The position numbers and the translations under genes were made by a program. A DNA stretch of 64,000 bases from Microthyrium microscopicum (lineage: Eukaryota), in the NCBI GenBank assembly GCA_010405405.1, contig MU004230.1, positions 654,627-718,626 of the forward strand, read 5' to 3'. The notes beneath the pieces were generated by a model. The model was given only the letters and a program-made list of their open reading frames with translations, had not been told where the DNA came from and made no database searches. Positions 12,620 through 25,981 of the stretch are shown here, piece after piece; position 1 is the stretch's first letter, and each line of letters opens with the position of its first letter.

Positions 12620-14583
12620 TTATTCTTCATCACTGCTCTCATCATCCAGCATACCAGGTGGAGCCACTAAATCAAAGCTAGTATATAGCCCATCCACCCA
12701 CTTCTTGCTGGTAGGTAGAAAATATGGCTCAAACGCATAATGCGCATCAAGCTTCAATGCTGCCTCACCACCAGACTTCATCGACAATGCGGACTGCCGT
12801 GCGACCGAGCCGTGCTGAATAACACGCGCCAACCGCACACGCTTGTTAGTTTCGAGCTTGGAATACAGGTACAAGAAATTGAGTGCTTTGGTAACCTGCG
12901 CAAACATGTCGACAATCAGCGGCGCGCAGACCTTGAGTGGGTTGATAGCACTGTTGATGTTGACGTCAAACGTCGCCTTGATGCCTGGTAGCCAATGACG
13001 CTCCTCGTCGTCCGCAGCATCGTCGTCACTGTCATCGGCTAGCAGGTCGCGCCAGCGGAAGCAGAATAGGTACATGACTGCTTGGAAGAGGAAGTAGTAG
13101 AGGCCGTATTTGTCGGGGTCTGGACCTGTGGCGGTACGCTCGTGGCGTTTGCGGATAGTGTCGAGTTCGTGCATGAGGCGAGCAAAAATGGATCGGACTT
13201 GGTCTCGGTCGATTTTGGAACCGCGCGCGGCGAAGCTGGCGAGATAGGAGATGGCAGTGGATTGTGTGATGCGTGCTTCATCGCTGTTGAAGGTAATCTT
13301 CAGGAGCGCATCTGTGAAGGCTGTGTAAAAGTCTGGGTTTAGTTGACCAAATCGGAAGAGGAGAAATTGACAATGGCGAGAGTTTTTGATCTTGACGTAG
13401 GATGTTGCAAATGTCGAAACCATAAGCTCGGTTGTATCGATTCTCGCAGTTGCAGCGTTCTTACCATCGGCGTTGAAAACATCCTCGTAGTGCTGAAAAA
13501 GAAGGCTTAAAACAGCATCAACTTTTAGCATGGACTGTTTCATTGCATCCAATGCCTTTTTAGACTTCTGTTCCGGATCATCCACCAGTTCATCATCGTT
13601 GTCATCATCATCGACAACCTCCTCCTCTATCTCAGGCAGATCTCCGAGGAGTCTAGCCATGTCTACTTTGAGTTGTTCGCTTAGGAGTTCAGCGTATTCG
13701 TCGCCCAAGGCGTCGAGCACAGCCCCAAGTTGAGCATCAATGATGATGATCTTTTCCATTGTTAACCTCAATACCTCGGGCTGCAATTTTGGCATATGCT
13801 CTCCCAATAACAGGATATTTTTGACAAACTCGACGTATCCTTTGGTTTCGGAGGCGTGAAACGGAAAAACGTCTCGAATAGTGCTCTCCAAGACAGATTC
13901 AGCCGCAGGTAAATATCGGATTAGTCCTTTGATTGAATTGAAGGTCCTCCGTATGATATCCTTGGCGCTGGTTCCAAAATGGGTCGAGTCGGTTGCTGTA
14001 AGTTTTGTTAGTGCTTTGATCTCTGAAAAACAATAGCGGTTTGCTGACTTCTGAAAAATTGGCAGACTAGAAATCGCATAACTGCAGACAGGTATGTACT
14101 GTGTCCGCTGAGAATTGCGGCTAGAAAGCGCTGAAAGTCCACCCAGATCTGCTCTTCCCGCTCTAACCAGCGACATGCCAGGCAGGCCTTCAACAAACCT
14201 CGACAATCCTTCCCCATATAATATGCCTGGTCTGTGACTGCTTTGAGGTATCGTCGAAGGGCGGTGTAGGACAGGGCTTCATCTTGGTCTGGTGCAGCTG
14301 CAAGAACTCCCTTCAGTCGATCGTATAAGCCATCATCTTTTCGCTTATGCCGCTCGATAGCTAGGCGGACTTCTTCTTGCACCAAGGACCCGGGCTTTTC
14401 TGGTTTTTCGATTGCTGCGATGGCTGGCTTTACATCTTGAGTTTTGGCGGTTGCGCTAAAGGAAACTTTTTGTCGCTTTTGTTGGGCATCTGGTGTAGTT
14501 GGAGGTGAAATTTCGCTTAGGGAACGCTTCAGCTTTCGGGCTGGGGCAGGTTCAGATACGGTCTCTATGATTGCAGATGCCAT
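12620..14583 (-). CDS. rrn3: RNA polymerase I transcription initiation factor Rrn3 (intron 13996-14048)
   Basis: YLASFAARG, FQAVMYLFCFRW, INPLKVCAP, YAFEPYFLP motifs; acidic internal loop and C-terminus. Confidence 0.9.
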
Positions 14584-14819
14584 ACTGATATCTTTGAGGA
14601 GGCATCGGACGTTCACAAAACTAAATTGAGGAGATTGTTTTGGGCCAGAAGGAGATGTGCGGCGAGATGAAAGTTCAGGCGGGGTTGGCGAAAGTTCAAA
14701 GATCCAAAGTCTGAAGTTTTGGTAGTGGCGCACGGACCAAGACCTATTCAACGCCAAAAAAAAGTGGATCCTTACCAGCTTCCTTCATATCAGTCGCAGA
14801 CTCACGAACGTTCTCCATC

Positions 14820-16555
14820 ATGTCCGATCCATTGGTTTCCAGACCGGCTAATAGAGACCAAGCGAGTGACAGGTTCTTCTCTGCATATGACCAGCTCATC
14901 CACGACACTATCAATTATCATCATGTCCCTGCAGTGTCCGTTGCTGTCATCGATGGCGATTCAACCTGGCTCAAGGTGCGTGTCGTTTATTGATACTATA
15001 TGCTAGTATTGTTCACAATTGGACGGCCTTACTGAAAATGGTCCTAGGCGTATGGCATGGCCCAAGTCGCGGATGAACTGGTGCAAGCAGAAAAAGTCAA
15101 TACCGAGACACTTTTCAACGCTGGAAGTATGACAAAGGTCTTCATCTCAGCAGCTATCTCACTACTAGTTGACGATGACTCCTTTCCTGAGGTACAGTGG
15201 TCCACGCCTGTTTCTCAGCTACTTCGTGATGATTTTGTTCTTTCTGACAGCCACGCTACACAAGTCGTCACCATCGAGGATATTCTCTCTCATAGAAGTG
15301 GCTTAGCTGAGTATGTTCCCATTGATGGGATGATTCGGTAAACTTAACAGATTGTCTAGTCAAGATGATGCTTTCATGGGCGTCCATGCCAAAAAGCCCG
15401 ATACGCTCAAATCAGTGACTCGTAAACTACGATATCTTCCATTGGCCGTTCCACCGCGGACAAAGTTCTTGTATTGCAACGCTATGTACGCCGTAGCTAC
15501 ATATCTAATTGAGACACTCACCAACATGCCAATCCGAGACTTCTTACGCCAGCGAATCTGGACACCCCTTGGCATGAAAAACACTTATTTTGGTCTCGAC
15601 GATGTCATTGAGCATCAACTTCTTAATAAAGTTGCCAAAGGCTATGGATGGGATAACGATAAGTCATCCTGTTTTGAGGTTGACCACCCAAGACAACCTG
15701 AAGCTGCTGGTGCAGGCGAGATGATAACTACCACAGGTGATTATGCGCTGTTTCTTCGTTGCATGTTACAACGCACAGGTCCAATATCGGCTGCTGGCCA
15801 TGAAGAGCTCGTCAAACCACGCATGATCACTGATCAAGATCCTAATCCTTTTTGGAGCCATCAGCTGTATTCGATGGGTCTAGAAATCGAAAATTACCAT
15901 GGAGAACAAGTGATTGGACACACTGGCAGCACCACTGGTTTTGCATGTCAGATGGTTTTCCTCCCTCGCAAAAACTGGGGATTCGTGATCATGGGCAACA
16001 CACACGTAGATGTTATGGGCAAGACCAAAATCCGTTGGACGTTGATCGATGATTTGTTGGAAGTGCCAGCAAGCAAACGCTTCGACTGGAATGCATATGC
16101 CGCCCGACTAGAGAAAGAGCTAGAGGCTGCTACGATCGAGGATCTCTATCCCAATCTTCCAGATTCCCGTCTCCCATTGACAGTACCCCTGACGGACTAT
16201 ACAGGTTCATATTGGCATGCTGGCTACGAGGAGCTGGTAATATCTCCTTTTCCTTCCTGAGTCTCTCAGGCGTCAATGGTTATTACTTACTAATACAAAT
16301 ATACAGACTGTCGACCTCGAAAGTGGCAGGCTTGAAGTTGATGCATCCGATAGATGTTGGCGATTCAAACTACTTCTAGAACACATTTCTGGACAGTATT
16401 TCGTTGCCAAAAAGGTAGATATAGATACGCGCGAAGAAGACTTGCTGAAAGCAGAATTTCGAATCGACTCGAGTGGATCAGTTGGACAACTCGGAATTGC
16501 CTTTGTGGCTGACTCTAAGGACGAAATTATATGGTTCGACAAGATAGATTCGTAG
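14820..16555 (+). CDS. Beta-lactamase/AmpC-family serine hydrolase with probable C-terminal DUF3471-like domain (4 exons)
   Basis: Exon 1 MSDPLVS...VPAVSVAVIDG; SxxK (GSMTK), YxN (YCN), HTG triad motif, LSHRSGL; ends IWFDKIDS*. Confidence 0.88.
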
Positions 16556-17400
16556 AAGACTGAAGGTTAGTCAAGTCGAGATTTGTAGCCAATGGTCGTT
16601 CGTGCCAGGTACTGTCGACTCTCAACCCGCCCACTTTTATACCATCACTATACCATACAACTAGCCTATCGACTGATGCGCCTGTCATGGTATTTGAAAA
16701 TAATTGAAAAAAAGCAAGTATGGCCCATCAGATCGCTATAGGACTTCAACAAGGGACTCGAAGGCCCTGAATTTGCATAAGCACGACCAGCATGGGATTT
16801 CCATGTTCCAGCTTTCAACCCCTTCATCCTATCTTCTCAGCATGGCTTTCAGTTCTTCAAGATTCAGAACCTGTAACACTTCGCTTCAAACAGTCTCGTA
16901 TCAGTGTATAATTCATGAAGCGCCGACAAGGCTTCGTACTTTCTCCTCACCGGCTAACATTTTTCATGACATGATTTGATGTATAGGGCTCACTATCAAT
17001 ATCGAAATGTCAAAAATGTATTAAAGGCTGCATGCCAAATTGAATATCCTGGCGTGCCTGGCTATAGTGATCCTATTATTAACGAAGCAAACTCTGAGAA
17101 CTCCTATTTGTCCCAGCTTTGACAGATTGAGCACAGCAAGCCTGCAGCGTTCTGGCCTCCACCACACGGGGTTTCATTTATAAGTGACCAGACTCAATCA
17201 CCTCGACCTAGTTCTCTCTGCGAGAATTTATAGAGATGGCAACGTCTGTGCAGTCGAGCAAGGACAGCGAGGGGAGATCCTACAAGATCACATATATTAC
17301 TCCCCAGCTACAAGTCACAACATCTATTTGAGCAGCCTAATCATGCTATCATATCTCTTGAATTTCTTTAGCTCCCAGACATGTGATTGGGCGAATCGCA

Positions 17401-19571
17401 ATGAATGCTTGCAGAGATAGAAGAAGTAAGGAGCATGTTTTCCCTTCATTTCTGATATTTTGGTTCCTCGTCTCGCGCCTACTCCTCGCCAACGCAGAGA
17501 CAACACCCATTGTTATCAAGGTAAGGTTAGCAGGATAATAGTGTCCTATTCTCTAGCTAACATCGTAGGGCTCTCGCTTCTTCTATCAAAATGGCACACA
17601 ATTCTTCATTCGCGGCATCTCCTATTCGAACGACGCGCGATCTGCACCTGGGAGTACAGTCGTGATTGACACCATATCCGATGAGCTCAGCTGTACGCGA
17701 GATATACCATACTTACAAGGGCTTGGTGTCAATATGCTCAGTGTTCGAGATGTTGACGTCAATGTGGATCATACAAGCTGTATGAATCAGCTTGCTGCAG
17801 CTGGCATATATGTCATGTTCAAGGTGGATGGACAAACGGCGCAATCGAAAGTGCGAAATGGATCAGTCATAACACCATTTGATTCCTCGATGATTGAGCA
17901 TAACCAGGCGGTTGTAGATGTGTATCAGAAATACTCCAATACTCTGGGTTACTACTTCTCTGGGGAGAGGAATAGGATGGACGAGACACCGCTTTATAAG
18001 GCGTGGCTGATACACTTGAAAGAATATATCAAGAAAAAGGGCTATCGAAGTATACCAGTAGGATTTTACCGTCGGGTAAGCATCATGCCCCTAAGCACTG
18101 CATAGTGAACTCAATAATGTAGGGGACTTATTTTGGCCAAGACGACCAAGCACAATATCTGAACTGTGGTCCGCATGACGAGTCCATTGACTTCTTGGGT
18201 GTCGACTTTGAGATGGACTCTTGGGCGATTCAACACTGCGTCGACAATATCACTTTAGCTCTATACGATCTTCCAGCACGATATTCGAATTACTCGATCC
18301 CTTCTTTCGTTGTGTACGGATGCGCTCAGAATCGGAATCATACTTTTTCAGAAGTGGAGACTATCTACGGAGATAGTGGATCAAAAATTATGTCTGGAGG
18401 AGTGGTAAAAGAATGGATGGACGACCGAAGTACGGGAGACAATTTGGGTATGTTGTCAAGCTCGAAGATGCAAATACTCGTAGCTGACTTTCCACAGGGC
18501 TCGTGGACATTGTGAAAGGTACGAATATCAGCGTTCGTCCAAGTTATAACGCTCTACATTCCCAATTCCTCGCCGTACATCCATCTTCAAAGTTGCCTAC
18601 AGTGGATCTTTACAAGCCTACAAATACCGCACCGTCGACTTGTCCGACTTTACACTGGGAAGTCGAATCTAAAAACCCCAGTGGGCTTGTTGTCTACAAG
18701 GGAGGGTCATCGACGACAAAACTTACCACAAGTTCCTAATCGACGGCTGTGCTCTTGCATGATGGAGACTTTAGATTGTATGTTTAACAGCACTGATCTA
18801 TGGGACTATAGCACTTTCAAGAAATATTGCAAAAACCCATACGACGACAATCTCTGCAAAGCAGTTGACAACAACTATACAACGGGCGTTTATGGGACAT
18901 ACGATGGATGCACGGCGCAGGAACAATCATCTTGGATATTGAGTCAGCTATACATCTCCAAAGGCCGAGATCCAGCCAGTTGTACCTCTGCCGGGGGTAT
19001 TATGAAGACGCCAGTCGCAGCAAGTTCAAGGCAAGCCGACTGCCAGTCGTATCTCAAACAAGCTGGGCCCGATTCAGTTGGCAAGATTACGGCCACGCCG
19101 GCTCCGGTGCAAGAGCAGCGACCAGCTAATGGAGATGAGCTGAAACCGGCAACCAAAGCGGGAATAGGCGTCGGCATATCAATATTTGCTTTGATTTGTA
19201 TTGCTGTCGGATTTGTGCTTTACAGACGACGGCAAAACTCAACAGGATCAGAAGAAGAAGACCTTGGTTTCGAAAAAGCTGAACTGGATGGTTCGGAGGT
19301 TGGCGCTGCAAAGACACAGCCTCAGAGTGACATTCCTCCTGACAGCGCGGAATTGGACTCTGGAGAAAGACACGAGATGGCGACAGATGTTCCCCATGAA
19401 CTGGAGACTCCCGTCACAGGAAGTGAAACAACTGCAATACCACACGAGATAGACAGTCGTGAGATTGCGGAGCTGGAGGGTAGTCTCGCGGGCCATGAAA
19501 TGAAGCAAGAGACGGTCGAAAAGCTCGTTAACAGAGGTTACATGGGTCCTCTCAGCCCTGTGATAGAGTGA
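17401..19571 (+). CDS. Divergent GH72 (Gas/Gel 1,3-beta-glucanosyltransferase-like) protein with X8/CBM43 domain, single TM helix and cytoplasmic tail; apparent frame break at ~18720
   Basis: Signal peptide, then PIVIK|GSRFFYQNGTQFFIRGISY, CTRDIPYLQGLGVN, DHTSCMNQLAAAGIYV, KGYRSIPVG, YLNCG..SIDFLG. Introns 17521-17568, 18076-18122 and ~18448-18497. Cys-box LCSCMM...GVYGTYDGC. TM AGIGVGISIFALICIAVGFVLY followed by RRR. Confidence 0.85.
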
Positions 19572-19855
19572 TTAATGAATGATACCCACAATTGCATGAC
19601 TATAAGCTGGAATAAAACTACTTGAAGTTTGTCAATAGGTCAAAGAAATGCCATCGAATGAACAATCCAAACGTCGTGGTTCATAAACTTTTATGTTTCT
19701 CATCTGATGCCTCATTATTTTCGTGTCGGCATAAAATATAATAAAGCCGTCGTTAGCATACAGTTAGAGTCGAATGACTAACCCAAGCTCATCGCTGCGT
19801 AGCTTTGATCGTCTAAACATTGAAATCTCTTAGTTCGTGTATCCCTGGAGACACT

Positions 19856-21516
19856 TCAAGACCGGAATAAAAGCTTGAACCGGAATTGAATCTGGTGGTA
19901 GGCTGGATCCGAAACCGCAATTTCCTCCCCATCAGAGACAAGATCCGTGAGCTTCTTGTCTAGATTCGGACGAGTCTGCTCTTCCAAGCTGGGTGGAGCT
20001 TGATAGTATAGAGACTTGGCTTCAGTCCGAATCGTAGGCTTTTTGAGTTGTCTTCTAACAAATTAGCTTTCGACTATATAGCGATACCAAGATACATACG
20101 CTTCTGGGCGCTCAGCCAAGTTCTCGATCAGCTCTCTCAAAGTGATATTTGAGTTGACTTCAATCTTCTTGGCCAAGTTACCGCAAACCGGGCAGTCGTC
20201 CTTCTTCAGATGCTCGAATGTGTAGGTATATATTCCTTCGTCACCACTGTACATCATGTAATTGTTGGAACCAGGCATTCCAAGACCGGGATTTGTTGAA
20301 CTGGCGAGTTTGAGTGCTTCGTTGCAGCTGCTCGCAGCTATGATGGCGTTGGTGGAGGCGATCGCTGGAATGATGTTTTTGACTACACCTTGGGTCATGG
20401 AATAGGTGACGCCTTGGATATTGAACTCCTGTGCGCGAGCTAGCGCCTTTTGGAAGAGCCATGTAATATGCTCTGGGTCGTCCGTATCGAGCGTAATGTC
20501 TGTATCTCATAAGAATCATTCCCAATTTCAAAACTTTGGCTTACCTTTGCGCTCTTCCTCCCATGCAATGATATGTGCCCATTCGATACAATGTTGAGGC
20601 TGGCGAGGAATTGTAGCAAGTGTACACAGAGGCACTGCCTCTCGTGGGGCGTGCATATCCAGCTGGCATTCAATACACGATGTCATAGTCGGCAGGATGA
20701 CTTTAGATTGTCCTTTGAAGCCTTCTTTACGTTAGCAAGCCTGTAGCAAATGTTGATAGGCTTCTAACCTTCTGTACCACCATCGATCAATGGCTTTAGG
20801 CTGTCTGGATTGTCGCCGTCAACCATTCCGACGAGCATGGCGTTGATCCATCTCCGAGCTTCAACGCTGTCGAGACCACAGATGACAAGGCCAAATTGCA
20901 TGTAATAATCCTCATCTTTGTCTTGGATTTTGCCACAGTAAGGGGTTATTTTGACACCCTTGACTCTCTTTTCAACGAATTCAGCAGCCACTTCTGCTTT
21001 GTGTCGACCAACATCCGCTTGACGGAACAGGAACTGGCGGTTGAGATTGGAAACATCGATCGTATCTTGGTAATGGTTAGAAGGATTTGTATCGTTTCAG
21101 ACACAACCCACCCATATCGATGACATGTATGTCCTTGAATCCCGAGAGAGCCAAGTTTTTGAGCAGCTCGCATCCTAATCCTCCTGCGCCACTTTTCAAC
21201 TTAGTTTGTCTCTCTTATGCCTGGGTAGACATGTCTGGAACCTACATGACTCTTGGCATAGTTAGTATCTGGTGTGATAGTTATGAGATGGGTCACAAGC
21301 TTACAAGATCTTCATTGAAGATATGCGCTGTATAATTTCATCTCCGAGTGTGGCCTCATCATCGGTGAAGGGGCCTGGCGTTGTGAGAAAGCGATTTAGA
21401 TATTGCCTGCATGTTTTTAGTTCACTATGGCAACCGTAAGGTGGGCTGTCGAAGAGGGTATGTTACCATCTGTTGACATCGCTTTCTATGCCATTTGACA
21501 CAGCTCCAACTGCCAT
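19856..21516 (-). CDS. uba3: NEDD8-activating enzyme E1 catalytic subunit Uba3 (multi-exon, includes a 6-nt micro-exon)
   Basis: [49 protein letters not shown], catalytic [31 protein letters not shown]. Confidence 0.95.
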
Positions 21517-21889
21517 CTTGATTTTGATCTCAAGTTGGAAAGATGTGTTTGTGTGAAGTTGTCATGCTCCAGAGGACCAAAACGTTGATGAAGGCAGACA
21601 GCCAAACAGCTTGACAACATGGGGGCGAACAGGGATAGGTGCTTCGGGTAGCCTATCTCAATGAGGTAAAGCGCTCTCTGCCACGCTGCAGCCTCGTGGT
21701 AAAAATGTAAGGAGCTGCAGGTGTGCTGGCTGGCCGCTGGCCACAATTTACAACCTCACCTTTTCTGATGACCATACTTCTCCATCACCAGTCATAAGCT
21801 TGCAATCCCACCTTTACATTTGGCCGCACCAGCTTATCTTAATGGTTTGAATCAGGCCGTCTATCAAGGATTCAGCGGGCTTCCCTGTT

Positions 21890-24803
21890 ATGATGAACAG
21901 TCCAGAGGATGTCATCCAGGCCTTCAAGAATGAGCCAGATCTGAAGACCCTCAAGTCGGCTCTGAGATACCTCCGCACTTGGAAGCTATCATTTCCGTCG
22001 CCTCTATCAACACAAATCTTGGTCTTGTTCATCAATGATGTTCTACCAAACTATTGGGCACAGCTATCGAACGATTCTTCCGAGCAAGAGTCCATAGATT
22101 CGATTCAACAACTGCTTCGTAATGTCCCAGCGATTGGTGCTATAATTACTCGGCTCAAAGCCCTTGGCTCAACTGGTCAACCGACTGCTGGCAAGCAAAG
22201 CTTCCTTCAGACTCGAACCACATGTGCCGTTCAAATGTTGGAACTAGCACTTGATGGTGACCATGTCATAGCAACCATATGGGAGGATATGCAGACGTTT
22301 GACTTAAAAGCATTGCAAAAAGATATGCTATGGTCCCAGTTTATTTCAATCGTGGCTTCGGGAAAAATTGTCTCTACAGTGTCTGAAGCTGAAGTAAATC
22401 TCAATCAGCTTGGTGGCTCGAAGAGTCAGAGCTGGCTGGGCTCAGGCAGAGATTATTCTCTTTGGATTGCCAGGAATATCTCCAATCTAGTATGTCAACT
22501 TTGTGCGATTGGTAACTCAGCCAGAATACTGCGCTACAGCTTTCATGCTTCAGCCATTCAACCAAAGAGAAAAGCGTCCTTTTGCAACATCTGAGAACAT
22601 AAAGCTAACCTGTCTAGGTCTCAAGTCCTAAAGCTGCGGCGCCCTTACTTTCCAAATCATTCAGTCTTGGTTATACGGAGCCACTCCTAAACCAGCTTAT
22701 GTCAACTATTTCTGTGCCTGCCTTGAGAGAGAATCTTCATCTCATGCGCTCCTTTGAGCAAAGAACTCTATTTACCAATCTCACTCGAATCATATCTGCT
22801 GAGATTTCTCCGATGACCAACTCGAATGCAGATGGGGCCTCCGAGAAACAAATCGCTGAATGGGCGGCTTTCATGCGTGACTTGATAGCCGAGAATGAAG
22901 TGCTCAGTGATCATCTCATGGACCTCCTTACCAAACCGGAAACTAGCACTCTTTCATCCACTACCGCTTTTCTGCGGGCTGGTCTTGCTGCTTTATCGTC
23001 CGATCGCATTCGAGTGGATATGATGCTAGAACGGTCATTTGACAAATTCTCCGACAACATCTTCACAAAGCACGCTCCTATCCTCCATCAAGAATCCATT
23101 GTCCAACTACTCTTGCTCATATCAGGACATGTTCACCGTAACCAACCCGCCAAGCTCTCAACATTCGCACGATCAGGCAAATACATGAACGCTGTTTCAA
23201 ATCATATAGCCAGTACCTCGGCGCGTGTCAAATGGCTTGGGATGCTAGTAGCCATGGCAATATCCGGGTTGACCGATAAAGAAGACCTCAAAATGAAGTT
23301 TAGCGATGATTTACTAGACACCAAGGAGGCCAAGTGGTACTTTTCTCTTTTGAAGCTAGAACTAGTTCCTTCGGCAAAGTTCAAGACTCAGACACTGTTC
23401 AAGTCGACATCTCAACCTCAGCCAGAGAAACTCACGACGACACTTACATTGAGACCTAAACCCACTGCCAAACAAAGCCCTTCCAAAGCCAAGCCAAAGA
23501 GACCCAAGGCTGTTCCCCCATCATCCGCAAGAATCATCGAGATATTAAGCGACGAAGAAGATGAGGATGATCTGGTGCCCTACGCTAAGCCGGACTCGGA
23601 TCCAGAAGATGAAGAAGAAGATCCAACACTGGTCGATCGAAACAAGCCCAAGCCGCCTGTGTACGTCCTCCCGGTTTGCTGCATTTTAGGATATCTTACT
23701 AATGTTGATGAAGGTATATTCGGGACCTCCTTGTTGGACTACGCGAAACCGAAAACTACAATAAGCACTATGTTGCTATATCTTCCGCTCCCTCCCTTAT
23801 ACGACAAAAGGCCACATTCGGTAAAGAAGTCAAGGACCATATCCAAGAGTTGGCGAGTATTCTCATGAATCTAAACGATACTTTTGAGCTAGAAAAATTC
23901 CTTGAGTGGAGGCAGGAAGCGCTAATCGCATTGATTATTGCTGATCCTACAGCTGTCGCACAATACTATGCACAATGTGCTGTTCTTGGCGACTTCTCTG
24001 TCCAACAGCGAACTGCTATTCTGGCGGCCATGGGATTAGGGGCCCGAGAGCTAGCTGGCATGAAAGATCAGGAAAGAAGTGAAATCAGCTTTCCATCCAA
24101 GAAGCTACCAGCCCACCTCCATCAAATCTATTCTGACGAGAACACACCCTTGAAAAGCATATCAAGTCGTGTGCAGCAAAGCATTGTTGAGCCGATGGCT
24201 CTCAATGCCGCTGATCAACTATCTGGCCCCAACGTTCTAAAAGTGCGTACATTTTCCTCGCGCATGGAGAAAGAGAAGACTAGAAAACGACCGGCAGCGA
24301 ATGAACTCGCCAAGATTGTTGGTGAAGCCTTCTTCTTTCCCCTCACGGGCCGTTGGTGGATTCAAATGCAGTCATCTGGACAACAATCTGCAATTGCTTC
24401 GTCTCACCTTTTACCCGTTTACCTACGCACCCTCGCGCTCATCATGCATGCTGCTGGACCATGGGCGCTCGCTTTGCCACAGATGACATCCGAGTTTTGG
24501 GCAATCCTGTTATCGTTACGGTCTATTGCCCTGGCGGAGAAGCAGTACGCTGTTCTGGAGGCCCTGTTGTTCTCCCTCCTTATCATCTTCGAGGTCAACG
24601 AGAATAAAGAACAGCTGGCCAGAGACCAATCGAACGCATTGCTAGAGTCACAGGAATGGGCTCGACAAGTTCTCAACGAAGTTGGACATGGAGATGAGGA
24701 AGGCGAGAAAGTTCGTGGCTTAGCTGCTAGTGTGATTATGCACAGTCAGGAAGTTGTCGAGAAATGGCAACGTTTGATGGTTGGCGACTTGATCAATTAT
24801 TGA
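21890..24803 (+). CDS. tel2: Telomere length regulation / PIKK-assembly protein Tel2 (start codon uncertain)
   Basis: Characteristic DDLVPYAKPDSDPEDEEEDPTL...PPVYIRDLL segment; AADQLSGPNVLKVRTFSSRM; FFFPLTGRW. Confidence 0.9.
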
Positions 24804-24877
24804 CAGTGCTGCTGCCAGCTCTGTGCCAATATCTATGCTCCGGCTTATCTATCGAATGATTGTAATTTACGAATGGT

Positions 24878-25981
24878 TCATGACATTCCAGCGTCATCTA
24901 TTCGATTGTGTACGATTCGCTATTCAAAGTTAGTTCGATCCCGCCTTACTTTGTGCATGCACTCACTAGAAGGTTTCTGAGCAGCACTATTATAGTGACC
25001 TTTCCTATAGCCGGTACGTAAATGGAGGCTTTTTCTTTCACCTCTGGAGTAAAGTTCTACGTATATCAATTAGTACACAGTATGTTTCGTCATTCTGGCT
25101 GATTCCGTACCTTTTCACTCGAGAAATTGATGCAAACTGCCCCATTTCGAAGTAGCTTCACTGGTACCTTGTACTTGTCGCCCGGCACGCCACTGATAAC
25201 GACATCACTCAAGGGAAGACAATGCTCGATGGTCCAGCCACCCTTCTCGTCCACAGTGTGCCTTCGCTTTCTAAGCCCTTCACCACGATGGAACTGCTCC
25301 ACATTGTCAATGTCAACGGAGTACACATTGGCACCATCATTGGCTAGCAACGCAGCAAGTGGCCGTCCGACGACTTCTGAGCGGTTGATGATGGTGACAG
25401 TGTGGCCGTGAAGTCTGTTTCCATATGGCAGGATCGGGTTGTAAACATGAAGATACTCAAGGATCTTGATAACGGCGAGAGGTGTGCATGGTAAGATGCT
25501 TTTCCTCTGCTTTGCATCGTCGAGGAAGCGGATATTTTGGTACATGTTGAAAATGTACTTGTGACTGAGGCCTTCGACGTCTTTTCCAATGTCAACTATT
25601 TGTTGGAGATATTGATCTTGGCGATTGCCATGAATCGGGTAGTAGACGATAATGCCATCTACCTTGTCGTCGGTGTTCGCGCTCATGATACCTTCTTCAA
25701 TGTCATCCTTTGTGACTTCACGAAGTTCAAAGTCAAAGCCACTAGACAGACTTAGCCAAAAAATTTGAATTATATTTCAATATACCTTACTTGTCTCTAC
25801 ATGTCTTGCCGGTCCAATCAGCATATACTCGGGAAGCGGCATCATCTGTCGCGAGGAAGCCAACCAGCAAAGGTGCTCTTTCCAGCTTCTTAACTCCTTC
25901 TTGCACTTCGTTCTGCAGTGATTTGGCAATATTACCAGCAAGAATCACTTTGCAGTGGGAAGGCTCTGGAGCACTGGCCAT
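24878..25981 (-). CDS. mtd1: NAD-dependent methylenetetrahydrofolate dehydrogenase Mtd1
   Basis: LVGFLA, VDGIIVYYPI, KDVEGL, ILPCTPLA, INRSEVVGRPLAALLANDGA, YVPAIGKVTI; last exon RIVHNRIDDAGMS*. Confidence 0.93.

Noticed and set aside
14820..16555. Beta-lactamase-family gene as a recent bacterial horizontal transfer
   Set aside because: Has three spliceosomal introns and host-like composition; the family is common in fungi
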